From contig JABVCE010000012.1 in assembly GCA_014905635.1 (NCBI GenBank), forward strand, positions 372,001 through 436,000: 64,000 nucleotides of DNA, given 5' to 3'. This document shows positions 57,950 through 64,000 of this stretch, one piece after another. The notes below the pieces were generated by a model. That model worked only from the letters and a program-made list of their open reading frames with translations. It was not told the origin of the DNA and made no database searches. Position 1 is the stretch's first letter; the number at the start of each line of letters is the position of its first letter. The position numbers were made by a program, and so were the translations under genes. Source of the stretch: Scenedesmus sp. PABB004 (lineage: Eukaryota).

Positions 57950-60900
57950 ATGGCGCAGAGGTGCGCGGGCCCGCGCGCCGCGCTCCAGGCCCGCCCAATC
58001 CCGCTGCGCGGCGCCTCGGGACCAGTGCCGTTCCGGGCGCCCGGTGGGCGCGCGGCAGCAGCGCCCCGGGCCCCGCAGGCGACGGCGCGGGCGTGCAATG
58101 GCAGCAGCAGGCGCCGCGCGCGCCACGCGCCGGGGGCCCCCGCGGCGTGCTCCCGGGGCGTGCCTCGATGCGGCGGCACCGGGGCGCCGCGCGGGGACGC
58201 CTCGGGACCAGTGCTGCTGCTCAAAAGCCGTTCGAGTCGCCCACCCCCGCGAGCGCCCCGCCGCCCGCAGGCCTGTGCACCGGGCGCCCCGCGCTGAGCA
58301 GGCGGAGCCGCCTGGCCGTGAAGGTGCGGCAGCGGCGGCGGCGGCGGCGCGCGGCGCGGCGGCCATCTGGCGGCCGGGCGCAGGGTTGCGCGGCGCGCGC
58401 CGCCCGCGGCGCGGCGGGGGCGGCCGTGCTGTCCCCCGGGCTCGCCGCCGCCCCGCCCACCCGGCGCGCCGCGCCGACGCAGGCGTTCCAGGCGGCCGAG
58501 GCGCCTGCGGCGGCGGCGGCGCCCACGGCGGCCGCGCCCGCCAAGCCCGCGCCGCCCGTACTCACGCCGCGCCAGTCGGCGCTGCTCGCGGGGCTGGGCG
58601 GGCCGCTGCTGAAGATCACCGCGCACTACCACGTTGAGTTCGGGGACTACCTTAAGGTGCGCTGTCGCCGCTGCCGCCGCCGCTGCGCTGCCGCCGCCGC
58701 TGCGCTGCCGCCGCCGCTGCGGCAGCTGCTGCAGCTGCACCAGCACTGCCCCCAGCACGGCCATGGCTGCCGCAGCTGCGGCGGCGGCCGCGGCGGCGGC
58801 GGCTCGCTGCTGCGGGCGCGCTGCGCGGCCGGCGGCGGCCCGCGCCGGCGCCCCGCCGAGCGCGCGCCGCCTGTCACGCCGCGCAGGTGGTGGGCTCGAG
58901 CCCCGAGCTCGGCGCGTGGATGTCCGCTGGCGCGCCCACGATGGTCTGGGGCCCGGGCGACGTCTGGCACCTCACCGTGCCGCTCGGCGCCGGCGAGCAC
59001 AGCTTCAAGGCGCGCCGCCGCGCCGCTGCTGCGCTGCGGGCGGCCGCACAACGCACGCGCGCGCGCGCGCGCGCGCGCGCGCGCGCATGCCCGCGCGCGT
59101 CCGACGCCCGGCGCCCGGCGCCCGCCGGCGCTGCGCAGGTGGTGGTGCAGAAGGCCAACGGCGCGGTGCTCTGGGAGGGCGGCGAGAACCGCGTGGTGGT
59201 CGTGCCGGAGACGGCCGGCCCGGGCGACATGCTCGTGGCGGACTGCGCGTTCAACTTTGCAGGTGCGGCGCAGCGACGCAGCGACTACGAAGCGCGGCAG
59301 GCCGCGGCGGTCGCCGCCCCGCGCAGCCTCTTCCGCTGCGGCGGCGGGCCCCGCGCCGACGCGCTGCCGCGCCACAGACATCATGCCGACGCCGGAGGTG
59401 CAGCCGGTGTCGCTGGACGTGGTGGAGTCGCTCGAGGCGGCGATGGTCGCCGCGGAGGAGGCGGCCGCGGCCGCGGCGTCGGCCGTCGCGAGCAAGGAGG
59501 CGGTCAGCGCGGCGGCGGCGGCGGTGGCCAAGGCGCTGTTCACCATGGGTGCGCGCGGCCCCCGCCAGCCGGCGCCGCCGCGCTGCGCTGGCGCGGCGTT
59601 TGCTTGCGCGCGCGCGCGCGCGCGCGCTGGCTGCCGTCGCCCACCCGCGCGCGCGCCATGCGCGCCGCCACGCGCAGACGGCGAGGCGGTCGAGGCCGGC
59701 CTGCGCCCGCCGACGTCCGTGATGGCGGCGACGGTGGCGAGCGAGGAGGAGGAGGAGGCGGCGCCGGCGGCGCCGCTCGCGGCGGCCGCCGAGGCTGCTG
59801 CGCCGGCGGCCGCGGCGCCCGCGCCCACGGCGGCGGCGCCCGCGGCGGCGGCCGCGTCGGCCGAGGCGCCCGCCGCGGCGGCGGCGCTGGCGGCGGAGGC
59901 AGAGATGCAGGCCCAGCTGGAGGCCATCTCCACCCAGGTGCGCCGCGCGGGCGAGGGCGGCGGCGCGGGCGCGGGTTCTGGCCGCGGGCGCGCGGCGCGC
60001 CGCAGCAGCAGCGCGGCGGCGTGCAGCGGAAGGGCTGGCAGCGCCCCTCTCTCCTCGTTGCCTTTCTGGCTTTCTCTTCCCTTCTTTCTTCTCTCTTTTT
60101 CCTTTCTCTCTCTCTTTGTCTCTCTCCCGTTGCTCTCTCCCCAAACCTTTCTTCTTGTCGTGCGGTCTCGTGCGCGCGCTTGTACGGGGCTGCTGCGCGT
60201 GTCCCGTGCGTGCGCCGCGTGGGAGGAGGCCGCCGGCCTCTGGCCAGCGCAGCGCAGGTAGTGGGGCGTCGCGCAGCGTGCCGCGTAGGCGTAGGAAGGC
60301 CGGCAGCGCTAGCCCGAGGACACGGTAGCGCCACCCCCGCCGCTGCTGCCGCTGCATGCTGCTGCACGCCCCCGCTCCGCGCTGCTGCTCCGCGCTCCCT
60401 GGCGCAGGCGCCGCCGCCCGCCCCACGCCCGCCCGCCCCGCCCGCCCCCGCCCCCCGCAGGCGGCGCCCGGCGGCCTGCCCGCGGTGCACGCGCGGCTCG
60501 CGGCGGACAAGCCGGTCGCGCGCGGCTTCATCGCCCCGCCGGCGGCCGGCGCCGGCGCCGGCGCGGGCGCGCGCGCCGGTGCCGCGCCCGCCGGCGGCGC
60601 GGCGGGCGAGACGTCGGCCAGCGTGGTCGCTGCGTTCATGCGCAACGTGGCGGCCACGCCGCCCACCGCGGTGCCCGTGCCGGGCGCGGCCGCGGCCGCG
60701 AGCCTGGCGGCGCCGGCGGCGGCCGCCGCCGCGGCGCCTGCCGCGGCGCCCGCGCCGGCGCCCGCCGCGCCCGCGCCGGTGGCGCCCGCGCCCGCGGCGC
60801 CTGCGCCGGCCGCGCCCGGTGCCCTGCCCAAGGGCTGGGGCGGCGCGGCCCTGCCCAAGGGCTGGGGCCCCGCGCCCCTGGCCGCGGCCGCGCCGGCCCC

Positions 60901-63900
60901 CGCGCCGGCCGCTCCGGCCCCGCGCCGCCGGCCGCTCCGGCCGCGCCGGCCGCGGCGCCGGCCGCGCCCGCCACGCCCGAGGGCGGCAGCCCGCGCGCCA
61001 GCCGGCCGCCGAGCCCCGCCGAGGGGCGCAGCAGCAACCTGGTCGCCGCCGTCGCCGCGGCGTCGGCGGCGATGGACTGGGTCGAGGGCGTGCGCAGCAA
61101 CGGCGTCGTCGCGGCGGCGCGCGAGGCGGAGGAGGCTGCGCGCGCCAAGGGCGAGCGGCTCGCCGCCGCGCAGCGCGCCGCGTACGCGGCCGCCGCCGAG
61201 GCGGAGCGCCTGGAGCGGCTCAAGACCCAGGCCGCCAGCGGCGCCGCGGGGTCGATGCTCGGCGCACCGAGCAGCGCCGGCGCGACCATGTTTGCGTCGC
61301 GCCTCGGCGGGCCCGGCCACGGCGGGCCCGGCCACGGCGGTGGCGCGGGCATGGCCGGGTCGGGCATGGCGCTCGCGATGCCGGCGCCCCCCGATGTGGT
61401 CTCCGGCGCGCAGGACCAGGTGCGACGCCGCGCGGCGCGCGCGCGGCGCGGAGCCTGTGCGTGGCGTGCGTGCGCGCGCGTGCGTGTGGCGTGCTGCGTC
61501 GCGTCGGCCCTCTTCCCTATTCTTCTCTTCTTCTCCCTCTCTCGCCTCTGTTTCTCTCTCTCGCCGGCTCTCTCTTGCCGGCTCTCCCCTCTTTGCTCGG
61601 GCGGGGGCGCTCAGGGCGCCGGCCGCGGGCTCTCTGAGCCCAGGCGGCCGACCTCAACCCGCCCCGCCGCGCGCGCCGCCTGCGCCGCCGCCCGCCCGCC
61701 TGCTTGCCGCGCCGCGCCGCGCCGCGCCCCGCTCACCGACCGACCCCGGCGACCCCTCCCCGCCCCTCCCACAGGTGTTTGCGATGAACAGCGCCGTGAT
61801 GTCGGCCGCCTCGGCCGCCGGCCTCAGCCCGCCGCCCGTGTCGGCGCCCGGCGGCGGCGCCGGCGCGCCGGCGGCGGCGCTCGCGGCCGACGGGGACGCC
61901 GCCGACGGCGGCGCGGCCGGCGCGGCCGACTCCGAGGGCTGGGGCGCGGGCGTGCAGGTCCTCGCGGCCATCGCCGGCTGCGCCGCGGTCGGCACGGTGA
62001 TGTGGAGCGAATTCGTGCTCAAGGAGTCTGGTGCGCCGCCTTGGCCGCGCCTCGCCCGTCGCGCGCGCGTCGGCAGTCTGGCAGTCGCAGCGGCGCTGCC
62101 CGCGCTGCCCGCGCCTGCGCCCGCGCCCGCGCCGTGCGCCCACGCGACCGCGCGCCCGCGCGCCCGCGCAGGCTGCGGGCTGCCGCCGGGGCCGTATGGC
62201 CTGGTCGGCGCGGCGGAGGGCCTGAGCTACCTCGCCGTGCTCGGCTTTGCCGGCGCCGGCCTGTCGGCGCGCGCGGGCAGTGGCGGCCGCGCCGGCCTGC
62301 CCGGCGCGCTCGCGGTGCCGGAGACGCTCGCGTACGGCGCGCTCGCGGCGGGCCTGTTCGTGCTCGCCAGCCAGGTGCGCGCCTTGCCAGCCACTCGCAG
62401 CGCAGCGGGCGGCGCGCGCGCCGGGGGTGGGCCGTGGGGGCGCCCGGGGGCGGGAGCGCCGTGTGGTGCAGCGCAGCGCGGCGCGGCGCGCTCACGCCGC
62501 CCGCCGCGCCGCGCCCGCTCACGCCGTCGCAGCTGCAGCAGTATGGCTACATCCCGCCGCCGCTGCCGGGCGGCCAGTGCTACGGCGACGCGGCGGTCGC
62601 GCTGCCCGGCGGCGACGCGCTCGCGGCGCAGCTCGGCGCGCAGCTGACGGCGCTGCAGGCGCTGCTGTCGCAGCTGCGCTCGGCCGCGGCCGACGGCGTC
62701 GACTCGCTCGCGCTCGCGGAGCAGCTGTCGGCGCTGCAGGCGCAGGCGGACGCGTTCTCGGCCTACGTCGGCGCGAGCGCGGCCGACGTCGACGCGGGGC
62801 TGCGCGCGGGCTTTGCGAGCCTGCAGGACTCGCTCGCGAGGGCGACGGACGCGGTGCGCGCGTACGCGGAGCTCCAGCTCGGCGCGCTGGACATCCCCGG
62901 CAAGCTCTCCTCCGTGCTCGACACGATGCGCCGCCAGGAGGCGGTGCTCGCGGCGGAGCTGCCGCGCCAGCTGGACGAGCTGCGCGCGCTCGCGGCGCAG
63001 AGCGCGGCGGTCGTGAGCGAGGCCGCGCTCGCGGCGTCGAGCGCGGCGCACCTGCCCGAGCTGCTCGCGGGGCTTGACCGCAGCATGGCGGTGCTGCACG
63101 ACGTGCTCGAGGCGCGGATCGGCGCGCTCGACGTCATGCTCACCTCCCTGCACGACAGCTGCGCGTCCGCGGCGGCGCAGCTCGCGGCCGCGAGCGCGGC
63201 CGCGGCCGCGGCGGGCAGCGCCGAGGTCGCGGCCGCGCTCGGCGACCTGCAGGCGCTGCTCGGCGGCGCGATGGCGCAGGTGCAGGAGCAGGTGTGGGCG
63301 GGGTACCAGTCGCTCGCGCTCGCCGACCACCTGAGCGAGACGCTCGTGTCGGTGCGCCTCTCGGCCGCCGAGCTCGCGGCCGCGGGCGGCGCGGAGGTCG
63401 ACAAGCTGCACCTCCAGGAGCAGCTCACCCAGCTCGAGGCGATCGCGGGCGCGAGCGTCGACGCGCTCGCGGCGAGCACGGGCAGCGCGCTCGCGCAGCT
63501 CGAGCTCGAGGCCCGCCTGGGCGAGATCGAGGCCGCCGCGGCGTCCGCGGCGGCCAGCGTGTCGGCGGGCCTGAGCGAGCAGGCCGCGCGGCAGCTGCCC
63601 GCGCTGCAGGCGCAGCTCGGCGACCTGCAGGACAGCCTCGCCGCGGGCGCGGCGTCCGCGCAGGCGGGGCTCGCGCGCAGCGCGCCGCAGCTCGAGGCGC
63701 TGCTGGAGCAGCTGCAGGCGAGCATGGCCGCGACGGCGGCCGCGGTCAGCGAGGTCGCGGCGGCGGGCGCCGACGCGACCGCGGCGCGTCTCGCCGCGAC
63801 GGGCGCGAACCTGGCGGAGCTGTCCGACAGCGTCGGCGCGTACGCCGCGACCGCGGCCGCGGCCGGCGCGGGCGCCGCCGCCGACGCGGGCTCCAACCTC

Positions 63901-64000
63901 GCGCAGCTGTCCGACAGCGTCGGCGCGTACGCCGCCGACGCGGGCTCCAACCTGTCGGAGCTGTCCGACAGCGTCGGCGCCTACGCCGCGACCGCGGCGA
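57950..64000 (+). CDS. Large plastid-type protein: CBM20 starch-binding domain + Ala/Pro linker + multi-TM domain + long helical/repeat region (runs off the window end)
   Basis: Transit-like N-terminus; YHVEFGDYLK|VVGSSPELGAW..MVWGPGDVW..FK|VV..WEGGENR (CBM20); WSEFVLKES|GCGLPPGPYGLVGAAEGLSYL...YGYIPPPLPGGQCYG; Leu/Ala/Gln helical tail with NLxELSDSVGAYAA repeats. Confidence 0.75.

Noticed and set aside
60820..61095. LPKGWG repeats and DWVEGV in the CBM20 protein as Rubisco-binding motifs
   Set aside because: They do not match the [D/N]W[R/K]xxL-type motif.
60045..61600. CT-rich low-GC tracts (~60050-60160 and ~61510-61600) as insertions or TM-coding exons
   Set aside because: They lie between donor and acceptor sites of the CBM20 gene and are best read as intronic polypyrimidine sequence.

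Overview
Eukaryotic nuclear DNA that is extremely GC-rich and intron-rich. It is most consistent with a chlorophycean green alga (Sphaeropleales/Selenastraceae-like), inferred from the GTGCG/GCGCG...CAG introns and the gene content. Most long ORFs in the six-frame track are GC-rich shadow ORFs. About 14 spliced host genes can be read: a hypothetical membrane protein, TatD, METTL5, SEC11, a thioredoxin-like protein, a secreted protein, RNF10-like, CDH1/FZR, Kelch-BTB, BRUTUS-like, an SF1B helicase, a secreted Cys/His-motif protein, M18 aspartyl aminopeptidase and a CBM20-membrane protein. The standout feature is a ~1.6-2.6 kb cassette present as 8 gene copies plus 2 orphan leader fragments in 64 kb. 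Each copy has a conserved non-coding leader with splice signals, a short basic exon 1, a conserved intron, and an exon encoding an F-box-like motif plus modular ankyrin-like repeats. Every cassette begins just downstream of a co-oriented gene's stop codon, in two cases within about 10-55 bp. The copies are sequence mosaics of one another, with variable module number and hypervariable in-frame loops, and half are defective as assembled. This suggests a DNA-mobilised, recombination-diversified repertoire of ubiquitin-ligase substrate receptors; the mobility mechanism and function are inference. Scattered 1-nt frameshifts in conserved host genes suggest homopolymer errors in the assembly.
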